A DNA stretch of 64,000 nt from Callorhinchus milii (taxonomy: Eukaryota), in assembly GCF_018977255.1 (NCBI RefSeq), contig NW_024704742.1, positions 74,588,001-74,652,000 on the forward strand, read 5' to 3'. The notes under the pieces were generated by a model that saw only the letters and a list, made by a program, of their open reading frames with translations, had not been told where the DNA came from and did no database searches. This document shows, piece by piece, positions 26,255 to 38,111 of this stretch; the first letter of the stretch is position 1; each line of letters begins with the position of its first letter. Made by a program: the position numbers and the translations under genes.

Positions 26255-26565
26255 TAATAGTAACAATAATAATAATAATAATCCTCACATTGGTATAGCG
26301 CCTTATCGTGGAAGAGGGAGGTCTCAAAGTGCTTCATAGGATTTACTGTGAAATGGAGTGACTGTGTATTCATAGGCAAATGTGGCAGCACAATTGCGCA
26401 CAGCAATGTCCCACAAACAGCCATGAAAAGAATGACCAATTTTGTTTTGGAGGAATTTTGGCCAGAATACAGGGAGAAACTCCTTTCTCTTTTCGAACAT
26501 TGCCATGGGTCTTCAACATCCACCTGAACAGGCAGACAGGTCCTCAATTTAACATCTCATCCTAT
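26255..26565 (-). mobile_element. SacSINE1-like Deu-SINE fragment
   Basis: ctgtctgcctgttcaggtggatgttgaagacccatggc plus Deu core and (ATT)n tail. Confidence 0.8.
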
Positions 26566-26760
26566 AAGAGAATCAGAAGGAAGCTATTCCATAAGGTTGT
26601 GTTCCAAGAGAACTTTATTCAGCTTGACAAAACATACAATTAAGCAAAATAATTATTAGACAGTAAAATACAAAGAGAATGATATTTCCCACCCTCCATG
26701 GGGAACACACTGGCTGCTCCACCCAATACCAACTATTTCGCTCTAGATCTTCTCAAGTTT

Positions 26761-27016
26761 ACCTAGCAGTAAGTAGGAACCCGGTTGTTAGTCGATTGGT
26801 GGCTCGCTTTTCCGGGGGTAATAATCCCTTAAAAAAAATTGTAATTTGGTCACTCAATCCAAAACTGTTTGTGGGATACTGCTGTGTGCAATTGACTGCT
26901 GCGTTTCGCCCACAAAATGTACAGTCAATTCACTTTACAGTATATCTGTGAAGTGCTTTGAGACATCTTGAAGACATGATAAAGCACTATATCAAATACA
27001 ACAATTATTGTTATTA
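26761..27016 (+). mobile_element. Deu-SINE, long subfamily, 5'-truncated
   Basis: gtaagtaggaacccggttgttagtcgattgg through to the tail. Confidence 0.88.
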
Positions 27017-27752
27017 TTTATATTGTTAATGGTTGTAATTCATCATCCCTTTGTATTATTAGGAGTTGTTTAAGTTAGTACTATCTAGGTATATGGCTGG
27101 GTGACCTTCACAAACACTCCACAGCATTCCACAACTCCATATAAGGTTATATGGCCTCTTATCTACTTTCTCTTATCTTATATTTAACCCTTTTTATGCT
27201 TCATGATAATTTCTCCAGTTATTTCTAAATATTAATACTATCAATTTAAACTTATACAGGACAGAACAGCTTTAAAACTTACAATTCGAAGGACGGATTG
27301 AAGGTTATTAGGAAAGGAGTGATCAAGACACTGCACCCATTTAAAAAGCAGGTTGATGCTGTGATGGAAGGACAGTAGAGTAGAATCAGTATTTTGGAAG
27401 AATGAGATTAAGATGCAGAAGGGCCTTCTTCATTTGAACCTCTCATGATCTCATGTGATTTTATGAGCAGTAAAGTGGTTGAAAGCTCACCGATTAATGG
27501 GCACATACTTGCTGCAACATCCATAAAATAACCAGCCCAAGCTCCATGTCCCATTGTAATGCTGACAGAATAATGCTTTCATTTGGGCAGTAAATACACC
27601 GTGCAACTTGTCAAGGGGGAACCTACAAGAGATCTAGAGATAATAATTGACTCATTGCTCACTATGTCCGAAACTCTGTCTGTTCAGCGCTTTGGGAAGT
27701 CCTCCCGACGTAAAAGGCGCCATACAAATGTAATTTTGTTGATGTTGTTGTG

Positions 27753-28130
27753 AAAACCTGTGTGAGGCAGAGATAAACAAAACAAACAGGCAGCTGGACG
27801 ACAATGACAGATGTTGCCCAGCATCCTGTTTGCTTTGTTTATCACTGCCTCACAAAGATTTTAGATCCCTAGATGCCATATTCAGGACGTACAGTGCTGT
27901 GGTCACTGGGACATAAGCGGGCTGCCCTGGGCCTAGAGGTATGGCAGAGGAGAGCATCAATGATGGAGGAACGAGCTGTGATCAACAATTAGAAAAGTTA
28001 GGACTTTTCAGTCTTGAAACCAGGCATCTGATAGGGGATCTTATAGAGATATATAACATGTTAAATGGGATAGAACAAGTAAACCCAGATTAATTTCAGC
28101 TGCACCAGGACAGTGGATCAATAGGACATA
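27753..28130 (+). mobile_element. CR1 fragment with a local inverted duplication
   Basis: NKANRMLG region present as a hairpin, then LEKLGLFSLE, GDLIEIY. Confidence 0.75.
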
Positions 28131-28499
28131 GAATCATAGAAATTAACAGCACAGAAGAAGGCCATTCAGCCATCAAATCTTCTCTGGTTCTCAGAGCAAG
28201 CTGAATTTTTCATCCCACTGCTTTATCCCATCCCTATTATCCCTTCATGGCTTTATCTTTCTACCTGTCTACTTCTTTCTTGATACCACAAGGGACTCTG
28301 TATCGGTCACATTACTAGGCATTCCATTCCACATCTCAACAACTCTTTGGATAAAAAAAATCTCTTCATCTCTCCTTTAACATCTTGTTGTGTCTACCTA
28401 ACATCCTGGACCAATAGACAAGTGTGGCCGCAATTTTGGCGCAGAATCTGCTATAAACAAGCCCTCTGCTACAAACCTGCACGAACACAATATATAGAC

Positions 28500-28757
28500 A
28501 TGTGTCTGTGAGTGTGTGCCTCTCTGTGTCTATGAGTGTCTCTCTTTCTGTGTGTGTGTCTGTGAGTGTGCGCGTGTTGTGTGTCTCTCTCTGTGAGTGT
28601 GACTCGCTCTCTGTACCTGTGAGTGTGCGTGTCTCTGTGTCTGTGAGTGTGTGTCTCTCTATGTGTCTGTGAGTGTATGTCTCTTTCTGTGTTTGTGAGT
28701 GTGTGTCTCTCTCTCTGTCTGTGAGCGTGTGTCTCTCTTTGCATCTCTGTGTCTATG
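28500..28757. repeat. Compound (TG)/(TC) low-complexity repeat
   Basis: Reiterated tgtgtctgtgagtgtgtgtctctct-like units. Confidence 0.95.
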
Positions 28758-29589
28758 TTCAATGGCGGTCCCTAGAGTCAGAAGATCCTCCTGGAGCCCC
28801 ACAGTCAGGACGCTGGCGAGCAATGCTGGTGTTTGGTGGACCTCCAGGCCTTAGCAACAAACTTAGCAACATTACTTTACTTTTGTACTCTATGCCTGTG
28901 TGTATAAAACCCGGCATTGTAGTAGCTTTTTCACAGCTGTTTCGACTTGTGCTGCCACTTTCACAGACTTCTATGCATGCAATTCCCAAATCCTTTTATT
29001 CCTCTACTCTTTGCAAGATACTGCCATCGATATATAACCATTCCCTTGTTTTTTCTGCTAAAATAAATCATCTCATATTTCACTTCATTAACCTTCAACT
29101 GCCACTTATCTGCTCATTGCTCTAATCTATTTAAGTCCTTCTACATTCTCTTTCCCTCAATACCTCTCATTTCCTGATTTAGAGTTGCAAAGGGCAATTC
29201 CAGGCCAGTCACAAGGAAGATTGTCTTTACTCAGAGGTTTAAACATTAATTGGAGAGGGTTGCCAGGAAGCATGGTTGAGGCCAGGACTCACTTGCTCTA
29301 ATGCCTCTGTGATAATTCATTTCATTATAGCACAAATTTGAAATTATAATGCAGTTACATTGTGAATTCTTGTTCATTGTGGTATCCCCAAGCTACCTAC
29401 TCACTTCCCACATGCTGGCTGGCTTTCACACTAGAAGGCTATTCATTTGCTAAGGAGGAAATGAAGACGATGATGACTTAATGACCCGGAAGTTGGCAAT
29501 TTTACATTCCCACACTAACAAAGTGGCTGACATCAGCAAAAAAGGAAGTGAGTTGGCAGTAACCTGATATGGAAGTCACCATTTTTAGG

Positions 29590-30850
29590 CAATTTTAGCC
29601 CCTATCACCCAATAATTTTGATGTATTCATCAATGTATTAGAATGGCATTGGGGAAGATGCACTCAGTGTATTTGTTACTGACATACTTGACAGGCGTAT
29701 TGCTCTTCTGTTTGTGGATAATATTGTGTTACTAGGGAATTTGAACACCCAGTGAGACATAATGATGGGTGCCCCAAAATGTGGAATCATGGCTCTGGCT
29801 GGTGGGTATTGATTGGAAGATAGAAGGGGCAGTAGGCTCAATTGCTAATTCGTATTGGTGCTTGGTGGTTGCAAAGGACTCCAACCTTTGGTTGGATACT
29901 GTCCAGTGGAACCACACTGAGAAATATGGTCATGCTTGTCTCTCTTCTGTGACAGCAAGGTCCCATTGTGGGTCAAGCTTGTGGTATATAAGATGTGTGC
30001 AAACATGTCTCCTTTATGGTTTTGAACCTCTGGGAATGCAGTGGTTTGATTTTCTCTGGTAGGGTGACCATACGTCCCTGATTTCCAGGGACAGTCCCCA
30101 GATGAGGTATTGTGTAGCTGGGGCCAAATTTGAGTTCAGGACAAACTGACCATGAATAACTAAATTCTAAAACAGATACACTCATCAGAGACAGAAATAC
30201 AACCACTAATTCAACAAGCTTCTCCAGTACTGTCAGCATTAAGAATTGTGGTGAATTATTTTTTTATATATAGATGTGTTCCCAGGTTTACAAAATATGG
30301 TCAACTTACTTCTGGCCCATTTGGGAAGTTCAGTACCAAGTAGTAAGGTGAACTTGTGGTAAACATGGGAAATGGCCTCAGGAAAGGAGGACTCCAGCCT
30401 TCACTGACTGACTACCCTGGAGGCAGAAGCGGCTTCACAATGGGCACGTAGATTTGGCAAGGCCCCTCACATGAGGACCTGGATTAAGCAGTTGATGCTG
30501 AGTAAACCTGGTACTTGGACTGTACCTAAAGAACATCAGAGTAACTGTCCTGTAAAGGTCCTCCCATCACACTGAAGGCAGATGCCCATCAAACAATTGA
30601 GGAAGAAACGGAGGCTTGGGGCAACAGCTGCTGGAATGCATTACATGTTCGTGTATTCAGGGCTTGGAATCCACCTGGTTGAATTACAATGATTTAAGAA
30701 GCTGCTGCTCAAACACTGCACCACCAACTAGTGGAACCTGATTAACGGGCAGTTGAAGAACTTTCATCACAGCAACAAGCTGAAGAAAGGTGCAGGCAAG
30801 GACCAATCTGACTGTATAACTATCCTACTCGACATTAACTGGGGACAGAA
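29590..30850 (+). mobile_element. Ancient RTE/RTEX-like non-LTR retrotransposon remnant (copy A)
   Basis: Ordered decayed RT motifs LAP..FDVFIN, RIALLFVDNIVLL (decayed FADD, 29711-29722), KLVVYK....LLYGFE. Confidence 0.7.
30060..30308. mobile_element. hAT-Blackjack-like MITE
   Basis: Ends tagggtgaccata / tatggtcaactta; flanks ttctctgg / cttctgg; empty site ttttctgtggcccattt in the paralogue near 32020. Confidence 0.75.
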
Positions 30851-31039
30851 AATAATCCTGAAAATGGCAGAGAAAACTGAAGGACAGCTTGAAACCTGAT
30901 AATAGACAACTAGTGCTATCAATATTCTTCATATTTTCAAGAATTCTCATGACTGTTACCATTACTTACATGAAATGCTTTCAATTACTGGATAGCTACT
31001 ATTGTCCAGAACTGAGCCAACTTCTCGCCACTCAGCCGC

Positions 31040-31350
31040 GCGTCCCTATCAAGCATCAAACTGCCTTTTAAGTGTCCTGGCCTCTACCACCTTTCCTGGA
31101 AACCTGTTCCAGTCATTGATTCTTTACACCCTCTCTGTAAAGAAAAACTTCCTGGTAACTGTCCTGAAATTGTCCTTTTGAAATCTAAACCTATGTCCTG
31201 TTGTTCTACTGTCTCATTGCAGCCTAATGTATTGATCTAGATTCGCTTGACTAAATTAATTTAAAATTGTATACACCTCTATGAGATCCTCTCTGAGTTA
31301 TCTTCTTTCAATACAGAAGAGCTCTAGCTTGTCTAATCATTGCTCAAACC
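31040..31350 (-). mobile_element. CR1 3' fragment
   Basis: Minus strand aactcagagaggatctcatagaggtgtatacaatt (R.DLIEVY), FFTE. Confidence 0.75.
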
Positions 31351-31357
31351 TCATTCC

Positions 31358-31702
31358 TAGAGCACTTGCCTTGCAAACGAGAGGACCTGGGTTTGACTCC
31401 CGGTGGAGCGAAACGTTAGCCAAATTTCCTTACACCACACGCCTCTGTTTACCCAGCAGTAAGTAGGAACCCGGTTGTTAGTCAATTGGCGGATTGCTTT
31501 TCCGGGAATAATAATTCCTTCAAAAAAAAATTGGTCAATCAATCCATGACTGTTTGTGGGACATTACTATGCCCAATTGACTGCCACGTTTCACCCACAA
31601 AATATACAGTCAATTCACTTTACAGTATATTCTGAGAAGCGCTTTGAGATGTCTCGAAGATGTGATAAAGAGCTATATTAAGGATTATTATTATATTATT
31701 AT
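31358..31702 (+). mobile_element. Deu-SINE, long subfamily
   Basis: Head remnant, insert, Deu core, tail. Confidence 0.88.
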
Positions 31703-32600
31703 TAATGGGTATCATCCTCATCGTCTTTTCTGCACTGCACTGCTTCTAAGGCCTGGCCAGCAAACTTATGTCACAATGACCAGAACTATATGCAGGATTC
31801 ATATCAGAGAAGATACAAGGAGCATCAATCCCAAATGTTGATTCTTATCACTTGTTTGGTTGGACACTGCCCTGAAGGACTGTGCAGAGAAGGGGTGAAA
31901 GACACTCTGGTCGTGCTCACCTCTCTTCAAGGATAGCAAGGTCCAAATGCAAGTCAAGCTTTTGGCATACGGTTCTCCTTAAAACTTTTGAGCTCCTGGG
32001 GATACAGGTGAAGGGTTTTCTGTGGCCCATTTGTGAAGCTTAGGATCAAGTAGTGAGGTGGATTTCAGCAAGCATAGGTGACTGCTGTGGTGAGGGAGGC
32101 TCCGGCCTGTCACTGAACATCCTGGAGGTGGAGGCGGCTTTACAGCGGTCTATTTGCCAAAGCCATTTATTTAAGGACCTGGATTGAGCAGCTGGTCCTG
32201 AGTAAGCCCGGTACGCAACATTGGACTTGGACCTCAAGAACATCAAGCTGGCTAGCATGTCACAAGCTGTCTTGTAAAGATCCGCCCACCATGCCGAATG
32301 CAGATGTCCACCAGATCTCTGATGAGGAAACGCTGAAGCTTGGGGTGACAGCTGCTGAAAGGTGTTACCTGGCGTCCGAGTTCGTGAACACACATTCATA
32401 TATCTAGCACTTGGAATCCACCGAGATTGGTTGGCAGAGAGGCAAGCAGCTGCTGCTCAAGCTCTGCACCTCCAAGGTGACATGTTTGGTAACGGAATGT
32501 CAAAATTGAGTTCACCCTCTGTGGCAGCCTCAGAAATCCAGTTGCTGAGCTGGACGGATCAGCAGTACTCCAGGGATCAAATGATGACAGTTCCGTCTCT
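31703..32600 (+). mobile_element. RTE/RTEX-like remnant (copy B)
   Basis: Colinear with copy A (RTWIEQLVLSKPGT vs RTWIKQLMLSKPGT; YLALGIH vs YSGLGIH). Confidence 0.7.
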
Positions 32601-33049
32601 GCGAGTTTACACTATATTTTACATTGTTAAATTCTGAAAATGTGAAACTGTTATAATATGATGGATGTCTGAACCCAATTTAAAGATTGTTTTTTTTGTT
32701 CAGCCAAGAGTCTTACAATTGGAGAAACCAATGATCTCTTGTCAGCAGTATGTTTGAGTGCAGTGGACTTGTTTAACTCAGGAACCAGACTACTGAGACG
32801 ACTACAGAAAATTTAATTCCAATGTTCCATGCCAGGCATGACAATTTTGAGCCAATTCATCCCCAAAGAGATACTGTTTACTTTCACACAACGGTGGGGT
32901 TATTTATCTTAGACCAGATTATTGGGCAACATGGTAGGCAAATTTCTGCAGGCTATATGTTGATGAGCAATTAAAATGTCAACACTAAAGAGATTACATT
33001 TAATCCCAAATGGAAATTCTTCCCACCGACCTTGCTACTGTGATTACTA

Positions 33050-33412
33050 AGCGTAGTATCTGTTCCCATGAGAGCGAATTTACAATATTGGTGGTTCTCT
33101 GCCTTTCTGACCTGCTTTCTTCCACCTCCACGACATGCTGCCTCCATTCGGCTGGCTCTGGCCTTCTGCTTGTAACTCATCTCTTTGAGTTCACCATCGG
33201 CAGCCATGATTTCAGACAATATGCCACAAAGCTTTAGAACTCTCTTCCCCAATCCATCTGCCTTGCCCCCACTTTATTCTCTTTTAAATCATGACTGAAG
33301 ACCTTCCTCTTTGAGCATGCTTACAGTCACCACTTCCCTCCCCCAAACTCAGGGTCAGGCTCCACCACTGTTAAACACTTGGAGATGCTACCCCACATGA
33401 AGGGCACTATAT
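33050..33412 (+). mobile_element. L2 3' fragment
   Basis: LSDLL..CCLHSAGSGLL..TIGS; stem-loop tail. Confidence 0.8.
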
Positions 33413-33491
33413 AATAATTATCATAATCCTTGCATTTGATATAGTGTCTTATCACGTCTTTGAGACGTCTCAAATATAAATTTTATATACA

Positions 33492-33499
<8 letters not shown>

Positions 33500-33523
<24 letters not shown>

Positions 33524-33828
33524 CCTTGCATTTGATATAACGCTTTTCACGTCGGGAGGACGTCCCAAAGCGCTTCACAGAACACACTGTAAAGTGAATT
33601 GACTGTATATATGTGGGCAAACGCGGCAGCCAATTGCGCACAGCAATGTCCCACAAACAGTCGTAGATTGAAAATGACCAATTTTATTATTGTTTTGGGT
33701 TTTTGGAGGGATTATTATTAGGCGTGTGGAGTAAGGAAACTTGCCCAAGGTTTCGCCCTGCCTGGAAGTGAACTCAGGTCTCTCGCTTGCAAAGCGAGTG
33801 CTCTAACCACTGAGCTACAGGACTCCAC
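33500..33828 (-). mobile_element. Young tRNA-derived Deu-SINE, full length
   Basis: CpG-rich, nearly identical to 37001-37325; tail gggacgtcctcccgacgtgaaaagcg. Confidence 0.95.
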
Positions 33829-33944
33829 CATATATTGTATTATATATTATATATCAAATGTATATTTTATATATTATATCAATAATATATAAAATATAAT
33901 TTATATCAAATAGAATGCTCAAATACATCTCAAATTTATAATAC

Positions 33945-34975
33945 AATACGAAAATACATTTGTAAAGCACTTTTCACGTTGGGAGGATGTCCCAAGGCAC
34001 TGAACAGTTAGGGATTAAACCCCAAGCGGGCTGGGAGTTGGAGTCAGAGAGGATGGAGGGCAGAGAGGGTAGGATGGTGGCCGAATGCACGGTAGAAGAG
34101 GAAGGTCTTGAGACACGCCTTGAAGGAGGCAAGGGAGTGTGGGATGGAGTTCCAGAGAGTGGGGGTAGAGAGGATGAAGGCCCAACTGTCCATGGTGGGG
34201 AGGGATGGGCGGGGAACATAAAACACGCCAGAGCCTGCTGAGTGGAGGGAGTGGTCAGATCGATAAGGGGTTAGTAGGTAGGATGGGGCAAGGCCGTGGA
34301 GGCCTTGAAGGTGAGAACAAGGATTTTGAATCGATCCTCTGAGAGATGGGGAGCCAGTGGAGCTGTCGAGGGTGGGTGTGATGGGGTGACCATGCGGAAG
34401 AGGGCACGAGCTGCAGAGTTCCGGATGATCTGCAGTTGTGTAGGAAAGAGTTGGGAAGGCTGACAAGCAAGGAGTTGGCATAGTCGAGCATAGGTGTAAT
34501 GAAAGCATCTATGAGGGTTTCAGCTGCCTGAGGAGTGAGGCAGTGGTGAGGAAAGGCAGAGCGGTTCATGACAAGGATATGGGGGAGAAAGGACAGATGA
34601 GGGTCAAACAAGATGCCTAGGTTCTGACTGGCTCGGTGAGGTGGAGTGTGCATCTGTGAATTCTGATGCTGTCAGTGCCTGAGGTGCAGAGGCACTGGTG
34701 CGATCCAATCAGAGGAGGCTTGGTTATTCAGACGTTCAACTGGAGAAAGTTGGCTCTCATCCTGGACTTGATGTCTGACAGACATTCTGTCAGGACAGCA
34801 GTGGTCCTGGATTCGAGGGTGGAGGCAGAGAGATAGAGTTAGGGGTCATCCGCGTACATGTGGAAGTTGACCCCATGTCTGCGGATGATGTCACCAACAG
34901 GGAGCATGTACAGGTTGCAGAGGAGAGGAACGAGGAACACCGCACAAGATGTTGCGGGGGCTGGAGAAGAAGCTG
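33945..34975 (-). mobile_element. L2 LINE RT/3' fragment
   Basis: [10 protein letters not shown] at about 34845-34875, NLGILFDP, HWLPISQRI. Confidence 0.92.
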
Positions 34976-35123
34976 TTTGTTGTTAAAGGTAAGTTGTTGT
35001 TTTGTTCTCCTCCATTATGCTCAATGCAAGTAAACTGTTTCAGAAGAAGGCAGCAACTTGATCAGCGCTGAAGTGAATTCTTAATAAATGTCTCTGTTTT
35101 GAGTTGTGCTGCAGTTTTAGCAG

Positions 35124-35174
35124 GCTGTTGCTGGGTTCAGACTCAGCTGAAATGCTGAAAGTGGAGATTTTGAG
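35124..35174 (+). other. Weak candidate 51-nt exon (LLLGSDSAEMLKVEIL)
   Basis: ttttagcag acceptor, consensus GAG|GTAAGT donor, one open frame, length divisible by 3. Confidence 0.3.
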
Positions 35175-36300
35175 GTAAGTCTGAAGCTGAAAGCAAATCG
35201 AATCCTCATCCTGATTTATTTGTATTTTTCTGTTGTTCTACCAGACACTGAATTAACAGAGTTTGATTAAATATTGATTGGAATTTAAAAAGAGTACCTT
35301 AGTTCATTTAATGTGAGTAAAGAGATGGATTAGATGTTCTTAGTAATTAAGGAAACTCACCCAAAAGGTAAGCTCAATATTATAACTTGTGTCTGATAAT
35401 CATTGCAATTAATCCTGTCATGATGCAAAATCTGATCCCACAAGTCTTCAATGGTGCCAAAAATGTCTGGTTGTAACATTTACCCTCTTATTTAGATTTC
35501 TTATAGAGGTGAGAAGACCTTTTAGCAAAATTAACCCTATATCCTCAACATGCACCAAGGCCTGAAATTCCACCTAGTTTTTCACCTGCAAGACTGCAGG
35601 GACGTCCTCCCGACGTGAAAGGCTCTCTATAAATGGAATCTTGTTGTTGTTGTTTTGTTTGAAAATTTAAGATTGTGCAGAATTGTGGAAAATTCTTAAA
35701 TTCTGTCTTAATTTGGAAGCTGGTTTCTTTTAAGAACTTGAGAAAACTGGCTTTCATGTTAAGCATGAATTTAAAACATGTTCATAGATCTACATCACAT
35801 TAAGGTGAAACTGTCTTCATGGCTAAAACAAGGAATATCAGTTGCAAAACACCTAGGATTTCTGAATCATCACAGTTTCCTTAGGATATGCGTACAATGG
35901 TCCCAGTTTCTGATCTGCATTTTAGCATCAATGTTTTCCTTTTTGGATGGTCAGCCCCTTTTCCAGAAGAAAAAAAGTCCTGCCCTGTTGTAGAGAAAGT
36001 CATTTGAGCAACTCTCTGGATGACAGAATGAGTCTCCGGACTCTTCAGCAGGCCTGGATTTTCTTGTTGTGTTGAGATAGAGAAATGGATCAATATTCGG
36101 AACTATCAATGGGATAAATATTTTTCATTACATAAACCATTACAGCTCATGTAATTATTTCTGGACAAAGTTACATATAATGCTTTCCTTCAGGGTGATC
36201 TGTCAACTGAATCTCTTCAGTTCTTCTGCATTATTATCAACTAATTTCCACCTGATAATGTGGGAAGGGAAAACATATATTAATCTAAAACCCCAGATAA

Positions 36301-36698
36301 AGTACCTGCAGCTTAGTGGTTAGAGCACTTGCCTCGGAAGTGAGAAAACCTGGGTTCGATTCCTGACAGTGCAAAATGTTAGGCAAGTTTCCTTACTCTA
36401 CAGGCTTCTGTTTACCCAGCAGTAAGTAGGAAACCGGTTGTTAGTCGATTGGCAGATCGCTTTTTTGGGAATAATAATCCCTTCAAAATGAATAAATAAA
36501 TAAATAAATAAATAATAATTTGGTCACTTAATCCACGACTGTTTATGGCACACTGCTATGTGCAATTGGTTGCTACGTTTCACCCACAAAATATATAGTC
36601 AATTTGCTTTACAGTGCATTCTGCAAAGCGAGTTGAGACATCTTGAAGACGTGATAAGGCATTATATCAAATGCAAGGATTATTATTATATTATTATT
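36301..36698 (+). mobile_element. Deu-SINE, long subfamily (paralogue of 31358-31702)
   Basis: Same tail variant ggattattattatattattattaatggg and same 3' flank. Confidence 0.88.
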
Positions 36699-36920
36699 AA
36701 TGGGCATCATCCTCATTGTCTTTTCTGCACTGCACTGCCTCTAAGGCCTGGGCAGCTCCCTATGTCATAATGACCTGAACTATATGCAGGATTCATATCA
36801 GAGAAGATACAAGGAGCATCAATCCCAATTGTTGATTCTTATCAGTTGTGGTGGACATCAACCTTTGGTTGGACACTGTCCTAAAGGACTGTGCAGAGAA
36901 GGGGTGAAGGACATTCTGGC
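36699..36920 (+). repeat. Duplicate of 31703-31910 (RTE-like copy C)
   Basis: Roughly 90% identical by eye. Confidence 0.9.
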
Positions 36921-37000
36921 CTTGAAGCTGTGATAAGGAGCTACATCAAATACAAGGATTATTATATTATTATTATAATTATAACAGGTTTCTTGTAGGT

Positions 37001-37325
37001 AATAATAATAATAATAATAATCCTTGCATTTGATATAGCGCTTTTCACGTCGGGAGGATGTCCCAAAGCGCTTCACAGAACACACTGTAAAGTGAATTGA
37101 CTGTATATTTGTGGGCGAACGCGGCAGCCAATTGCGCACAGCAATGTCCCACAAACAGTCGTAGATTGAAAATGACCAATTTAATTATTGTTTTTTTTAG
37201 TTTTGGAGGGATTATTATTAGGCGTGTGGAGTAAGGAAACTTGCCCAAGGTTTCGCCCTGCCTGGAATTGAACTCAGGTCTCTCACTTGCAAAGCGAGTG
37301 CTCTAACCACTGAGCTACAGGACTA
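37001..37325 (-). mobile_element. Young tRNA-derived Deu-SINE, full length
   Basis: As 33500-33828. Confidence 0.95.
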
Positions 37326-38111
37326 CAGGTACATATTTCTAATCTCACTCCAAGAGAGCAGAGAAATTTGTTATTAAAACATGAAAATAAAACCTTTCAT
37401 GTATTTTAATGGACATTTGTGAATGTAATGAAGTTAATGTAGTTAATGTAATGAAGTACATTAAAATATTAAAACAATGACCACTGGTACCCATGTAACG
37501 TTTCAGCCCTATTTTGAGATATACTTTCACATACCTTTAGTTTGGGCTTTCTTCTCTGCTTTCCTCACATGTACTTACCACCTCTTCCCTGATCTGTTGC
37601 CTTCCTTCAATATGCATGTCCCAGAACGTGACATCCAATAGGTTTGGCTTTTATTGCCTTCAGCTGAGTCTATTAGAAGTTGAATGGCTACCTCAAAAAA
37701 GTATTTTTCCTATTCTTTTTGCATCACTTCCACACCTTGAAGTTGCCTGGTTTTAGTTTAAAAACTGGTGTCAGCTGGGAACATTCTCATCTCAAGGTTA
37801 TGAGTTCACGTCAGATCTCAGTCTAGGCTGACCTCATAGATGGAAATGTCATCCTTAGGGTGAGAAATTGAAACAATTTGCCTATTCTTTTCATTTGTCT
37901 CTTCTTCAGGTGGACATTAAAGATCTCATGATACTATTTGAAAAGAGAAAGGACGATCAAACATCTTCCAGATTAATTGATCAATTATCACATGGTCTTT
38001 TGTGAAACTTTGCTGTGACCAAAATGGCTGCGACATTTGTCTATAAAAGCGACAGAGTCATTTGACAATAACTAATGTAAGGTACTGGTTAGTTTATGAA
38101 GTTGAAAACTC

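Noticed and set aside
28469..28762. His/Thr/Arg-rich 97-aa ORF
   Set aside because: Translation of a microsatellite
37579..37691. Possible minus-strand exon with GTG|GTAAGT donor
   Set aside because: Poor acceptor (GAG), no recognisable protein and no partner exons
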